DNA from: Lytechinus pictus
Lineage: Eukaryota
Assembly: GCF_037042905.1 (NCBI RefSeq)
Contig: NC_087251.1
Span: forward strand, 41,232,001-41,292,000
Direction: 5' to 3'
DNA length: 60,000 bases
Positions 39,296 through 52,517 of the stretch are shown piece after piece. The translations under genes and the position numbers were made by a program. Positions within the stretch are counted from its first letter, which is position 1; each line of letters opens with the position of its first letter. The notes under the pieces were generated by a model. It was not told where the DNA came from and did not search any database. It was given only the letters and a program-made list of their open reading frames with translations.

Positions 39296-39779
39296 TTAAT
39301 TTATTTTACTTAAATTCCACGATTCTGCATGTTTTCCTGTTCATCTATATGCTTTATCTCGGGTTTTTTTTTAAAGTCAAATCTAGTGGTGTACTTTTCA
39401 CTTCGGCTTTCTTAGCACCCCTTGAATTGACATAGTCTTGTCTTGTCTTTCCGTTGATGCCCACAATCAAAGTGTTGATTATTATGGCAAAGTAGGGCCT
39501 AATGAATATGGTGCCACAATTTTGCCCCTGCCCCGCCCCCCCCCCTCCACATAGCTTCTGTTGTGCCACTGCTATACTACGTGTACTATGGCTTATTTTG
39601 TTGCGTTGTAGTCCTATTTACAAAAACAAGCAAAAATTTCATAAATTACAAGGTACGCATACAGAAAAGAGAATGGCAATAATTGCTTCGATGAAAGGAA
39701 ACTGCTTTATATTACTGCCAGGGTTGAATGGTCTACTTTCACCTACACCTCTCCACATTCCCTGGTAATGACAAGTAAG

Positions 39780-40769
39780 CCAGTATCAAGACAATCCGAG
39801 GAGTATGCCCGTCGCCTTTACCTCACGTGGAATATCATGTTGTCGTCGAGCTCTGTTGTCTTGATAGTCTAGGCTGTCAGACACATCTTAAGTATTCCCA
39901 ATTAAAACTTCAAACTACAAACAACGAATTTAGATTTTCGGTCTATAATCACCCTAATGTTGATATTCATTTTGATAAATGATATCCCAAATATTTTATT
40001 TGTACATTATTACGGCGATTAGACTTCCCAAAATAGCATCCATCGAACAGTACATTCACCAGCGCGCTAAATAGTCTTGAAGCAAAAGACTAAATTCACG
40101 TGTAAACAAACGAGTTACACGTGAGTCAGTACGATGCCTATTTTCATCTGTGCACGGCCAGTTATTCGCCCAAAACACATGTTCACACACGTTCATCACG
40201 TACAACAAAGCGACGATCGTGTATATTCATGCTCAAACACACCGATCTGTTTCCCAGGCTTGTTGGACACCAAGAACTTCCATGAAGTGGTTATTCGACT
40301 GAGGTCCTGGATAAGGAGCAGGTTGTACATTATGATCCTTACATCTCTACGATTTTCGAGTCATTTTTGAGAGATACAAGCATCCACCCGGCCCGGCCCG
40401 CCATCCATGAGCTGTGTTGTACTTGTAGTAGTAGTAGTGCAGTGTGAGACTACAAGTTGAGCCGTGTTTACTCGCCACACTACATGTAGTACATTTTCAC
40501 TGTCACTACCTACCATTCATCGGAATTGGATGAGCAAATGTACCTTCTATCTGGAAATTATATTTTGGAACTAGTTTTGTCGTACTAGAACATCGGGATA
40601 AACATCTGATTGCAGGATATGTACAATATAGACGGTTGTTCCAAGTTAATTTGCAATTCTGGACAGCAGGGAAATGTAGGAGACCTCGCAGTTTCTTCAA
40701 AAATCAACTTCTAGCCGAGACGAAACAAGGTCCTGGCCTAACTTCGTTTAAAAAAATACGATATTGGAG
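39780..40769 (+). promoter_or_regulatory. Putative promoter / non-coding first exon of the CIPC-like gene with E-box cluster
   Basis: Apparently unique, relatively CpG-rich block. CACGTG at 39824, 40097 and 40118; CACGTT at 40188; GAG|GTAAG donor at 40769/40770; next clear acceptor at 46526. Confidence 0.45.
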
Positions 40770-43700
40770 GTAAGATTATCATGAAATATACAGTAATAGA
40801 AAGTACCCCCAAAGTTTTACTTTGAATATGCGGGTATAGCCCCGTCGGGAGCCCCGTATAGCCTATCTATCATGTATATATACTATCTTATCATAGAACA
40901 GAAGGGTATATTCCTATACCCTTCACTTCAGTTCTTTCCGGATAGTATTTGTAATCCAATGATTTTGTCTATAATAACCCTTACTTATATTTTATTAATT
41001 GTAATATACAATTCCCTTATTCCTCTTTAACATTGATGTCACGTTGCTATTATTTGTAATGATCTTAACCCTTTGATATTTTATAGTTTTAGACATACAA
41101 CTGATTGTCATTATAACTGATTGTCATTGTTTCAATCGATTTTCTATAATGCCATGATTATTTCATTACTATAATTTCAGTGTGTTTTATCAGTGAATAA
41201 ATTATACAATTAGTAATTTAATAATTAGTAACTGTTCCCTTTTGATAACTTAAATATTTCAGTTTGATTCATATTATCATTTAAGTAAAAATATTTGTTT
41301 ATTTATGTTACCAAGCATTGTTATCTTTGACTTAGATTTTGACTTTATTTTCATGTATGATATGATGATTTATGTTGCTCTATGTTTTCATCAGGTCATT
41401 GATGAAAAACAGTTTTATGTTGATCTTATGTACCTGAATAAATATGTTCTAATAAATAGAGCCGTCAGGAAACGTATTTTATCACAAATAAAGGTCTAGG
41501 CCGGGGCCTAGATAATATCTACCTATTAATCCTATTTTCACCGCTCTCTCGAGGACATGCACACAGTTTTCAATAAACGGGCCGTAAAGAAAATTTCAGC
41601 CGTTAGGCGGGGCGAGTTAGCCCATCATAAGGGAAAACAGTGATAGAAAACGAATGATGGGTTAAATTAAGGCAATAAACATCAAGCTACTTCCTTTTCT
41701 GATAATCTATGATAAGTTATATGATTTCACACTAATATATATATACCGATATATTAAGCATATTATATTATGTACATGTATACAAGGACATTTTATAGGG
41801 CTATTATGTTCATAGATTAGGGCGAACCTGCCCGTCGCAAAAGGGGTTAACTTGCCCCACGGGCAGTCATTTTCCTTTATCTTGTTCTACGCAAAATGTA
41901 CAACCTATGTTGAAGTATTTCAATAGCCAAATGTCACACCTTTCTAGCAACAAAACTTACTGTAACTGTACCTTTATTTATGAGATTCTAAAGAAAAATT
42001 CAAGAAATCAGATTTTTCTTTAATACTCATATAGCCTCGAAACGGATAAGTCGCCGGAAGTTTTGGAGATTTCGAGCACATGGCCTCTCGCCAAAGTAAT
42101 CCTCCGGGTAGGTTGTCGTTACATCATCGACAAAACTTATATCCAATCACAGCTAAGGGAGAAATCGCGTGGTTGGCGGACTCTCCCCAATAGCTAGTGC
42201 TGATTGCGCGCACCCTTCCCTCTTAGGGCCCTGGAAACGATTTCGCAGGGGATGCTTGTTTAGAACAAATGGTTTTCACTCCAAATAAAAAAAAAAGTCC
42301 AAAATGAAGGAGATTTTTGTTAAACAGTATAGGGGAATAAGAGAAGAGAATGAGTTGATATATATATAAAATATATATAATAAATGAAAAACTATCAAGT
42401 GATAATTTGTAGCAGAAATAGTCATTTCCCTGTTTGTGATACTCGTGAATGTCAACGACACGATTTTGGTACGTACTTCTTTTCTCCAACCACAGAGCCA
42501 GTTTCATTTTGTTCTGGAGTAATATTTCGATCACAAAGATCTCCGGACGGAGATTCATTTTCCCTAATGAATATTTCTTCTTGCTTTGTCTTGTATCTTA
42601 CCTTGTACATTCACAGAAAAGGTTGATTAGTGTGACGACAGTGTAGATGAAGAATATGAATACGTTACATTGCTCATCACGCTGCGGAAACGGGGGGAGG
42701 GGGTGGACTTCAGTCCCCGACTTTTTTTTCAAAACCGTTGCACACGAAAACTTAAAAATGACCATCTGATTGTGATTTTTTGCATGGTCAGCCCCCCCCC
42801 CCACTTTCAAAACCTTTCCGCGGCCCCTGTTATAAAAAGTTTACTAAAACAAGTCAAAATTGATTGTGAAAAGAAGGTGTTTTTTTTGTAATGTTCTTAT
42901 GTTTTACAACGGGCCTAAATACACCTTTTTTTAAATTGTAAAAAAAAACACTTTGCGTACATTCCAGAACTGTAATCTGTAGTGATTTCGATATTTTTTT
43001 CTTCAAAACATGATTGCAGGTGATGTAATAGTATAGGTTGGTGGTAATGAACTTTTCGATTATGGACATTGTAGGCAGGGCGTTTTTTTTTCATCAATAC
43101 ATGTATACCATGTACTAGTTTGGAATTGCTCTGTTTATTTAGTTCATATACCTCTCCATAGAAATGGGTCGTCTGGATTCAAGTTGTGAGTCAACTTTTA
43201 TAATATCCTATAAATATGTTAAGATATTTCAATGTTGCACTTCTCCATCATCCAGGTGTCGTAGTGAGTGTTTGATGTTCATACAATCATTTTTTATTTG
43301 TATAATCATGACTCTGCGCTAGTAAAACATAATGCATAATGGAAACAATTTCAGGGGAAATACAGGAAAATGCATTTCGGTCATTGAAGTAAACGCGGCA
43401 TGTTTATATTCTCAAAAATTACTTGTAAATTATTAGCTTATACTCGTGTGTTTTTATACCCCCCCCCCCAAAAAAAAAGATCCATGTATATAGAGTAACA
43501 ACGGTTTTATCATATCTGTATATATCCCGTTGAATGGTGAGAACAATGTACTCCAATTGGGTCATTCACAATTAAGAGTCACGTTCGTCAACATGTTTTT
43601 GGATAGATCATGGATAGATGTATTTTACCACACACCTCTCTTTTATCAAGATAATGGACTATGATTGGTTGTGGCTGGTCACATGGTGAACCATCGCGAT

Positions 43701-44062
43701 GCAACTTTTGCACACATTCATTCCCTGTCTACGTGCAGTGTGGTATTGCACGTGTAATCTCGCATGCAGTGGCGTCTAAAGTCATTCTTCTGTGACGATA
43801 TACCAGCATGGTATAGCTCAATGATATACCAGCTTCATTTGTGTTCGTTGTGTGTGGTGAATTACGCAAGTGCTGATTCCGGGGGGGGGGGGGGGGGCTA
43901 GTGGGGTGGTCCGCGCTACCAACATACCACTCGACACACACACACACACCCACACACATCGTCTTAACCTAAAAGTCTCTAATACCTCATGCACGCATGC
44001 ACGTCAATCCATTATTTTTTAAAACATCACAACAGGAACCTCATGTACCCATAAAGTTTTTG

Positions 44063-44094
<32 letters not shown>

Positions 44095-45341
44095 GGGGGG
44101 GGGGTTGACAGAAGACTGATCCTTTCCCTTGAAAAGAGTGAAGTATTATTATTAATCTCTTGTAACCCATGTTTTTCAAAATTTTGCATTGATTCATTTT
44201 TGTGAATGTAACTAAAATTGGTAGATGCATGTTTATAAGGTCTATTTTTGGCTAAAGGTATTTACAGATATATTGTATGTAAAATAGAACAAATAAATGC
44301 CCAGTTTTACCATTCCAGAAACCTTCCCTTTTAAACGATTAATTTTTTCGACGTACCCCCCCCCCCCCTTTCAAATACTCAGAAAATGCGATTTATATAC
44401 ATTTACACTACAGGACTAATGACGACCCTACATGTTTTGGCTGCATTCACTTTACCGTTTTATGGGCTTAATCGTTCGTTTAAATTTTTTTATATACTTA
44501 TCTCTGATTTCTGATTTATTGAATAATGTCCTGAAAAAATATCCGTTTTTTTTTTGTTTTTTTTTGTTGTTGATTCGCCTGCGTAGCAGAGCAAGATTAT
44601 AAGGCGCCGCTTTTACCGACGGCGGCGGCGACGGCCGCGTCGTCAACATTAAAAAATGAGGATCATTAAGATATACTAATGTGTACAATTGCCTTGTGAC
44701 TTTCACCTAACCTGGATTGTTTACTTTGCTCATCATGGAGATCACACAATTAATAACTGTAGATGAGTGAAATGTTACCCTACTTGATTTTATAATTATC
44801 ACAAATTGCTTTACCGTTGTTTGATTAACGTACACCAGAGTGTTGACACAATTATTTTGATCAGGGCTAGATTCAGATGGGTCGCGTTAATTACTAGTTT
44901 GTTACCAGATGCCAGATGCATTCTTTTTTATCTATTATGAATTCATGTGTCTTTAGATAGTTTAAATTTACATTTCTTGTATGGTTTTGAATGTTTTGAA
45001 ATGGATGTCGGTACAAAAATTCTCAGATCATATCTTAAAATACCCCGTCACGGAAATAATGTCTAGAGAGTCTTGTGCAAAATGATTATAATTACCTTAC
45101 AATATAAATAAGACCATATAATGTTATAAAAACAGTAAAAAATAATGCACATTGTTTAAGCCTGTCACTCTTACAAGTTGTTTAAACTAATGTTGTAATT
45201 GTTTAAACTTGTTAAACAACTTGTTACAAATTGTTAACAGTTGTTTGAAAAGTTTAAACAATATTTGTTAGAATGACGGGCTTGAAATTTTAAATAGCGT
45301 TTTTACAGTGTAATAAAAAGCACTGGATGAGAGAAATTTAA

Positions 45342-45927
45342 AGGTCAAGTTCACCCCAGAAAAATGTTGCATGCTTCGAATAAATAGAGAAAAAAGCTGG
45401 AATTTTTCATTACAATCGCATATAAAATAAGAGTTATGACATTTTAAAGTTTCGCTTATTTTTCACAAAACAGTGATATGCACACCTCGGTGACATGCAA
45501 CATGAGACAGTCGATGATGTCCCTCACCCACTGTTTATTTTGTGTTTTAATTGTTTGAATTATACAATATTTCATTTTTTTACAGATTTGACAATAAGGA
45601 CCAACTTAGCTGAACCGTATAGTATCAAACAATGCTAACTCCACAATGTTCAGGGATGAATTTATTTTGTTTCACTTGACAATGAGCAAAAAATTTGAAT
45701 ATTTCATATAAAAAATACAAAAGAAATAGTGGATGAGGTCATCGGTCTCGTCATTTATAGGATGTGCATATAACTGTTTTGTGAAATTAAGCTCAACTTT
45801 AAAATGTCATAACTTTCTTATTTTACATCCGATTTTGATGAAATTTTCAGTGTTATGCTTGATGGATTTTTCTCTCTTTATCCAAATCAACTTTTTTTTT
45901 TTTTTGGGGGGGGGGTGAACCTGTCCT
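45342..45927 (+). mobile_element. TTAA-target MITE family B
   Basis: TTAA|AGGTCAAGTTCACC...GAACCTGTCCT|TTAA. Confidence 0.88.
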
Positions 45928-46543
45928 TTAAACATACACTTTTAAATTTGCTGGGTACACCAATACTACTTTTTCTTTTGGCTAAAAATTTGGTATTTTT
46001 GGCGAAGATTTTTTTTTGTATATGTAGTTCTATAACTTCTAATGGATACACCCTATGCCCCTTTTAAGTGCATATTTTGTAATTCTCAGTTAATATTCTA
46101 CCAGAAAATATATACTTTTATGTACAATGGGTGAAGTACATGTATGTCAAAGTTACAGAGATTCAAAGGACGAAATTTTTCATGTCGCGAACACATGTCA
46201 CACAAAACTGGCAAACTCAAAACACATGGCCTAGCTATCATTTTCATGAGTTTCAAGTTGCTTAAGGGCAAAGGTAATAGGGTCAATAAACTTAGTATTT
46301 TATTACCATATTACTGGTGTCTTTTGTGAATAATATAGCTAGTCTAATGCAAGCGAGACTGCTAGGGGTGTTCAGCATAGATATCGTGATTTAAAAAAAA
46401 AGTTCAGTCAATGTTACTTTACCAGATCTGGACCTATGATCATAATAGTGACAATTAACCTTGGCTTGACAAACTTTCGCTTGAAATCTGTGATTGATTC
46501 AACTACTTTTATTTCTCTTTAAATAGATTGATCATCGTACAAG

Positions 46544-46850
46544 ATGGCATCGACAGATTCAAGTCCTTCCAGTGATGACACAAACCTATCAACTTACCAC
46601 ATCGCTCCGTACAGCAGTCCTAACAAGAGCCAGATCGCTAGGAACCTACAACCAGACCCGAGTCAACCTGGACCTTCTAGTGTTGGTCGCCCATCCTGTT
46701 CTAGTTGGTCTCCCCAATCAGAGCGGCCTTTCACGCCAAGAAAAAACCGCACCGCAATGGTAGCTTCTGAGATAGACCGAACCAATACCTCAAGTTCCTC
46801 TTCAGACTCGTCCTTAGGAGAGTCAAGATCTCCTGACGTCATTTGGCGAG
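46544..46850 (+). CDS. CIPC: CIPC-like protein, first coding exon (exon starts at 46527)
   Basis: Acceptor TTTCTCTTTAAATAG, ATG in AAGATGG context, S/P-rich ORF, phase-1 donor GAG|GTACAT. Confidence 0.65.
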
Positions 46851-47986
46851 GTACATGTATGTTTACAATTTCGATGGGGGGGGGGGGGGAAACAGCAAGT
46901 TAATTCCACAAAAGTTACTGCTTGTGTCTTATTAACAAAAGCAAAATCCTTTTTTAATGTTCCATTCATATAGGATGGTACATCAATCTGGAACGTACTA
47001 GATTTTAGTAAGGCCGTTAACAAGCTCTCTTGAAATTTGTCTTTATTTCCCATCAGTGCAACAAAATTACGTTTAGCCGGTTCAGTTTTGAACGCGATAA
47101 GAGAATATTTTCATCATTTATGGAGGTAAACTTAAAATGGTGTAAGAATTCATATAATGAAACTGGATTTCACACTTTCAGAATAAAAGCTTGCGTGCGA
47201 TTCCGTATCCTTATCAGATGCGGTGTCACCCGGGGTGTCGCGGCGGTGAGATGGGGACGGGCCTCCCCCATCATGCTCATTCTTTGCTAACCTTACAAAA
47301 TTTGAAATTTCTTGGGGGCGACCCCCGTTAACTATACCCCTCTTCTTTCACAGGACATTCTCTATTGGTATTTTCTATTTCTGTTTTCTTTGTTTTTATG
47401 TGTGCCTTGTTTTCATTGTCAGGATTGATGAGCACGATATTTGAAGTATTAAAACAAATCATTACCCCTTTTCACCTAAATCATCTTGTAAAAATGACAT
47501 GTGGAATTCCAGCCTTTATTGTGAACCGGGATTAGGCACTTTATACTGCCTGGTGTTGAATTTAAGGGAGCCGATTTAGGCATCCAATGTTAGGCAATCC
47601 ATCTCGATTTGAATCACGGTCTGATATCTTTCTTTTCTTTTATAAATATTTGGGGATATATAGGTAGAACAAATTTCATCTTTCCACAATCAAAATTGAT
47701 GGTGGAAAGACGAAAATTTGTTAATTTGAGTTTTACCAAAAATATTAAATCTCTTTACGGATTTGGGGACATAGAGTTTCTCATTTTTATATATATGTAC
47801 ATGTATATTCATACTCTGTGGTGCTCGTATCACTTATATATTTGTCGCCATGTTGAAAATTCTCACTGCACAGCACTTGAGCTACATGTAAGGGCATGGC
47901 CAAGGTTTGCTAATATCCCCGTTATCGCCACCATCATCATCTGTTCCCCATCTTTAACTTGTACATTATTTGTGTATTCTTTAAAG

Positions 47987-48118
47987 ATGACTCGCCTGAA
48001 AGAGCATGTGGAGGTAACATTCCCACCAGGATGTTCTCCAACACATCTCGTCAGAGAAAGAGAGCTTATTCAGATGACTTTCACTATAGTAAACATGCAA
48101 AGTTGATGCACAAATATG
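47987..48118 (+). CDS. CIPC: CIPC-like protein, coding exon 2
   Basis: AAG acceptor, DSPERACGG...RQRKRAYSDDFHYSKHAKLMHKY, phase 1-1, donor G|GTAAAG. Confidence 0.6.
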
Positions 48119-49446
48119 GTAAAGAAAAAATGAATGGATGTATCGCTGTTATCGAATGAAGAAAAATTCCATAATGGCTTTAAAAAAAACCAGCGTGATA
48201 TTTTTGGACCCGATATCATCCGCCTGAGGGAAATATTAATTAACAAGTTTTCAATTTCTTTTTATTTTGTGATTGCAGTACTGATAGTAAATATGAAATG
48301 ATAACACCTTTTCATGTTTTCCAAACTCACACTTGCCATGTTATTCTCAAGCTGATATAACAAGTTATATATTTCACGCATTCTACCAATGAATGTGGAG
48401 TTTCTCAGGCTACTTTTGTAGGGCCTGTCGTGTTCACTTTTGGTGTGTTTGAAAAGAATGTAACCCAAATCAACGCACATAGAAACTCACTTCATTCATT
48501 AATGTGTGATTTGTGTCTCTGGCTATAAATATGTACCCCATTTCCTTCATGTATTTTCCATTAAATTGTATTGCATGTCAGGGGAGGGCCCTGGCTATTG
48601 CATTATCTCCGTTATGATGTTCAAATGTTCCGTTCGAAGGTGTTTCAAGATGCTGTTGTATCACTGAAATGATGATGAAAATCTTAAACCGCTAAGCTTG
48701 CATGAGCAATTTATTCAGTATATACTAATAGATATAATCAAAATATGATTTTATGTTCATTTGGAACTTGAACTTTAAGGATTTTTACTTTTTGAAAATT
48801 ATACTTATTAAGTTATTAATGTAGTGCAGTTCGTTCATAGATGAAAAAACGCAAAAATATGCTCTGGCAATGGTTGAATATTTCATACCTGTATGATCAT
48901 ATTTTGAATATGTCTCTTAGTAAAAATTAATCGTGATAAAGCAAGTCATGCGTACGGGTAAGTCCTAATTGCCCCAGATACCGGATATACGTATATATTT
49001 CCATTACATTCCATTGAAAAAAAATGCACACATTTTTATAGCACCATTTGTATGTGTACATGTATAAGATTATACAAATTGCACGTGCATGAATCTATTT
49101 GATTGTTTTTCCTAACAATTACTGGGTGAGTGTGCGTGTGTATCTTCTTCAATTTAAAGAAGGATGTCTCCTTTCACCACATTTCATTTACTCTGAAAAT
49201 TTACATCTTTCAGAAAAAATGAATCATTTATTACTCAAAGAAAATGTATCGTTACTATTTTCTTTGATATGCCTTTACGTTTATTGTAGGTATCATATCT
49301 CTTCAGTGTTCATAATATAGTTTGAATGATTACAGTCATACAGACGGTCTTAGTCTTTTCCTCAGTTTCTCACTTTTTACTAAAAAGTGAGATAAAGGAA
49401 AGCAAATATGTAAATATTGTTAAGTTTCACTGTAAGAACTTATTAA

Positions 49447-50048
49447 AGGACAAGTCCACCCCAAAAAAGTTTATTTGAATAAAAAGAAAAAATTCAAAAA
49501 GCATAACACTGAAAATTTCATCAAAATTGGATGTAAAATAAGAAAGTTATGACATTTTAAAGTTTCCCTAAATTTCATAAAACAGTTATATGCACATCCT
49601 GGTCGGTATGCAAATTAGGAGACTGATGACGTCATCCACTCACTATATCTTTTGTATTTTATCATATGAAATATGAAATATTCTCATTTTCTCCTCATTG
49701 TCAATTGAAACAATGATTATAATTCCTCCCTGAACATGTGGAATTAGCATTGTTTAATATTATATGGTTCAGTCAAGTTGGTTCTTTTTGACATATCAGT
49801 AAAAAATGAAATATTGTATAATTCAAACAATAAAAAACAAAAGAAAAAGTGAGTGAGGGACATCATCGGCTGTCTCATTTGCATGTCACTGAGTTGTGCA
49901 TATCACTGTTTTGTGAAAATTAAGTGAAACCTTAAAATGTCATAACTTTCTTATTTTACATCCGATTTTGATGACATTTTCAGCGTTATGCTTGTTTGAT
50001 TTTTCTCTATTTAGTCAAATCAACATTTTTCTGGGGTGGACTTGACCT
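49447..50048 (-). mobile_element. TTAA-target MITE family B
   Basis: TTAA|AGGACAAGTCCACC...GGACTTGACCT|TTAA. Confidence 0.9.
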
Positions 50049-50300
50049 TTAAGTCATTTAATTAGAAATCATATGAAATCAACCTGTAAATAAGATAGCC
50101 ATGCTCCGAAACTCAAGTGATGAGCAATCCATGTTGCTTTTGTCAGGAAACTTATTGATAAAAGAAAGACCTGAAAACATGATTTGACAGTGTAAAATTC
50201 CCATTCTAATTTTCTGCATCTAGTAATTTCAAAACTAATTTGTCCCTGCCCACAAGAGAGATATGAGAAATGAAATAACTCTTGACGGATGATGAAATCA

Positions 50301-50470
50301 TCCCATTCTGACCAATGTAGGATACACTCTTTGTAGTCCCACCCTGACCCCTGTTGGATACACTCTTTGTAGTTCCACCCTGACCCCTGTAGGATACACT
50401 CTTTGTAGTCCCACCCTGACCCATGTAGGATACACTCTTGGTAGTTCCACCCTGACCCCTGTAGGATACA
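50301..50470. repeat. 36-bp minisatellite x~4.5
   Basis: GTAGGATACACTCTTTGTAGT(C/T)CCACCCTGACCC(C/A)T units. Confidence 0.9.
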
Positions 50471-50539
50471 GTCTCTTGATATCAATGATCTTGTGTGCCT
50501 CTTTTTCTCTTCTGCATATCTTTACTTTCTTCCATGCAG

Positions 50540-50595
50540 ATAGCTGCGTCTCTGACATGTCCGAATTCTCCCCGGATTCAGCCAATTGCTCTACA
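50540..50595 (+). CDS. CIPC: CIPC-like protein, coding exon 3 (56 bp)
   Basis: Pyrimidine tract + CAG acceptor, DSCVSDMSEFSPDSANCST, ACA|GTAAGT donor; bridges phase 1 to phase 0 exactly as needed. Confidence 0.65.
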
Positions 50596-50894
50596 GTAAG
50601 TAATGATTCTTTATCAGCTGCACTATCGTACCCCCTAATGAAAATGAAGTAATGCAATGGGTTGGGGGTTTTTTGTGGGGGGGGGGTGTAACATGACTAC
50701 ATGTATGTGTCTCATTTCAGCATCATACTTCCTCAGCACTTTCTACTCATGACCATCATATATTGTAACACAAGTTACAATTTGCCAGGAACATTTTTAT
50801 AGACAGTTCAGGGTCCTATTTCTTAATGTACCTGCCAAGGAATACTATTCCAGGCAATTAAATTGATTGGTTTTGATTTCTTTGATTTTTACAG

Positions 50895-52001
50895 CAAACG
50901 TCACTGAAGGATGAATCAAATGGAAGTGGGCTGAACGGTCATAGTTCCAGCGGGATGAACAGTGACCAGGAGAAGCAGGAAAAGATATCCCAGGCCACCT
51001 TTGATAAAGTCCTGATTGATGCTAACCAGCGGAGGCACATCCGAAATAAGGCCAGGAACACGGGCACCGACTCTGGTTCGGACTCAAGCTCCGGGAACAT
51101 GTGCTTGGACATGACGATGACAAGTCACATGACTGATGTAGTTGGTACTTCACAAAAGTTGGACAGTACAACCTCTGAATCCTCAGGCATTGGAGCCAAC
51201 TACATGTCGTCAGTTCAGTGTGATTTCCAGTTGCCCCGATCTACAATCATGGCTGGCGGTGTCACTAACAGTAGCACTGGTGTGTCAACCATGTACAATA
51301 GCCAAGGAAATAAAGTCTCTGACGAGAGCAAACAAGAAAGTATGTCCAGTGGCAGCAGTGGAGCGCGTAAGAGACATGTCCCATGGTCAATAGCACGCTA
51401 TTATTATCAAACAAAACGACCTCCACTTTCCCAAGATGTGTCAGTAGATGGTGATGAAGGTAACATAGAAATGAATAATTTACCAAGCAGGCGTATTGGA
51501 CAACCTGAGAGGAAGCGGAAGCGGTTTCATAGGACTTTCACAGCACTAAGACAATGTGGCCTTTTAGATCTCACAATGCAAACTGCTTCTTTGATGGAGC
51601 AAAACTCAAAGCTCCAGAAGCAGCTTGGTGAGCTGCACCGTCAGGCGCACCTTATGTACCATACTGTGAGTCATTTTTCTAAAATTCAACCAAATGTATT
51701 AGGTAGTCCAGAAACACAGAAAGTCATGGACGGACTAAAAGCAATGATGGACAGAAACCCTGTGGAGGACATCGATATGTCTTTGTTTGAATCCTTGTCA
51801 GGTTCAAGAGACTCTCCTGCTGTGGAGAGTGGGACATTTACTATGAGTAATCAGATTCCATCCGTCTCTGTTGAATCCTCGGAGAGATCTGGTGCATTGA
51901 GGATACCTGGCCACCAAGGCCCAAGAAACAGTTCTGACAGTGCCATTCAATCATCAATCAATGCATCAACATTCTCACCAAGTGAAAAATCGGGACAGTA
52001 G
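50895..52001 (+). CDS. CIPC: CLOCK-interacting pacemaker (CIPC)-like protein, terminal coding exon with CiPC motif
   Basis: TTTTTACAG acceptor in frame with the 348-aa ORF. KRKRFHRTFTALRQCGLLDLTMQTASLMEQNSKLQKQLGELHRQ resembles the vertebrate CIPC C-terminal motif ([30 protein letters not shown]..., from memory). Confidence 0.8.
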   Translation, partial: QTSLKDESNGSGLNGHSSSGMNSDQEKQEKISQATFDKVLIDANQRRHIRNKARNTGTDSGSDSSSGNMCLDMTMTSHMTDVVGTSQKLDSTTSESSGIGANYMSSVQCDFQLPRSTIMAGGVTNSSTGVSTMYNSQGNKVSDESKQESMSSGSSGARKRHVPWSIARYYYQTKRPPLSQDVSVDGDEGNIEMNNLPSRRIGQPERKRKRFHRTFTALRQCGLLDLTMQTASLMEQNSKLQKQLGELHRQAHLMYHTVSHFSKIQPNVLGSPETQKVMDGLKAMMDRNPVEDIDMSLFESLSGSRDSPAVESGTFTMSNQIPSVSVESSERSGALRIPGHQGPRNSSDSAIQSSINASTFSPSEKSGQ

Positions 52002-52517
52002 ATTATTATGTAATGGTGGCTGTTTCTGTGAACTCATTGTGTTGTTGTATTAGCTGTTGGTAGATATTTTCATCCTATGAGGTGATTTGAAAGTTTTCTG
52101 CTTCCTATACTTTGTAAGGATTACCCCTGCATAAAAGAAGAAATGTTAGAAGGTCACACCCTAAACTATCTTCTTGATGTATGCAATATTACATTTTTAC
52201 GTTGCAAGTAAGATGTTGAAAAAACAGTTTCTTGGTATCCAAAGGCAAACTACAGAAATGGGTGGTTTGATCCCATTAAAAACGGTCCCCGTACACGCTG
52301 CAGGATGTCTTACTTAAAATCTAACCTCTTTTTTCATAAGCTCATTGGCTTAAGTAACTGAAATAAAAATGTGTACATTTCCATAGAAGTCTCTCAGAAT
52401 ATGGAAAGAATAAATGTTTGTACAGTTACAATGCAAATTATGTATTTGTTTCGATTGAAAAAAAAACCTAGGTAATGGTCTTGAGGCTGGATTTAGAGGT
52501 ATTTTTCTCTTGTTTTA

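Noticed and set aside
50301..50470. 36-bp repeats resembling a CRISPR array, and repeat-derived ORFs 50069-50657
   Set aside because: Units are head-to-tail with no unique spacers, in a eukaryotic intron with no cas genes; it is a minisatellite.
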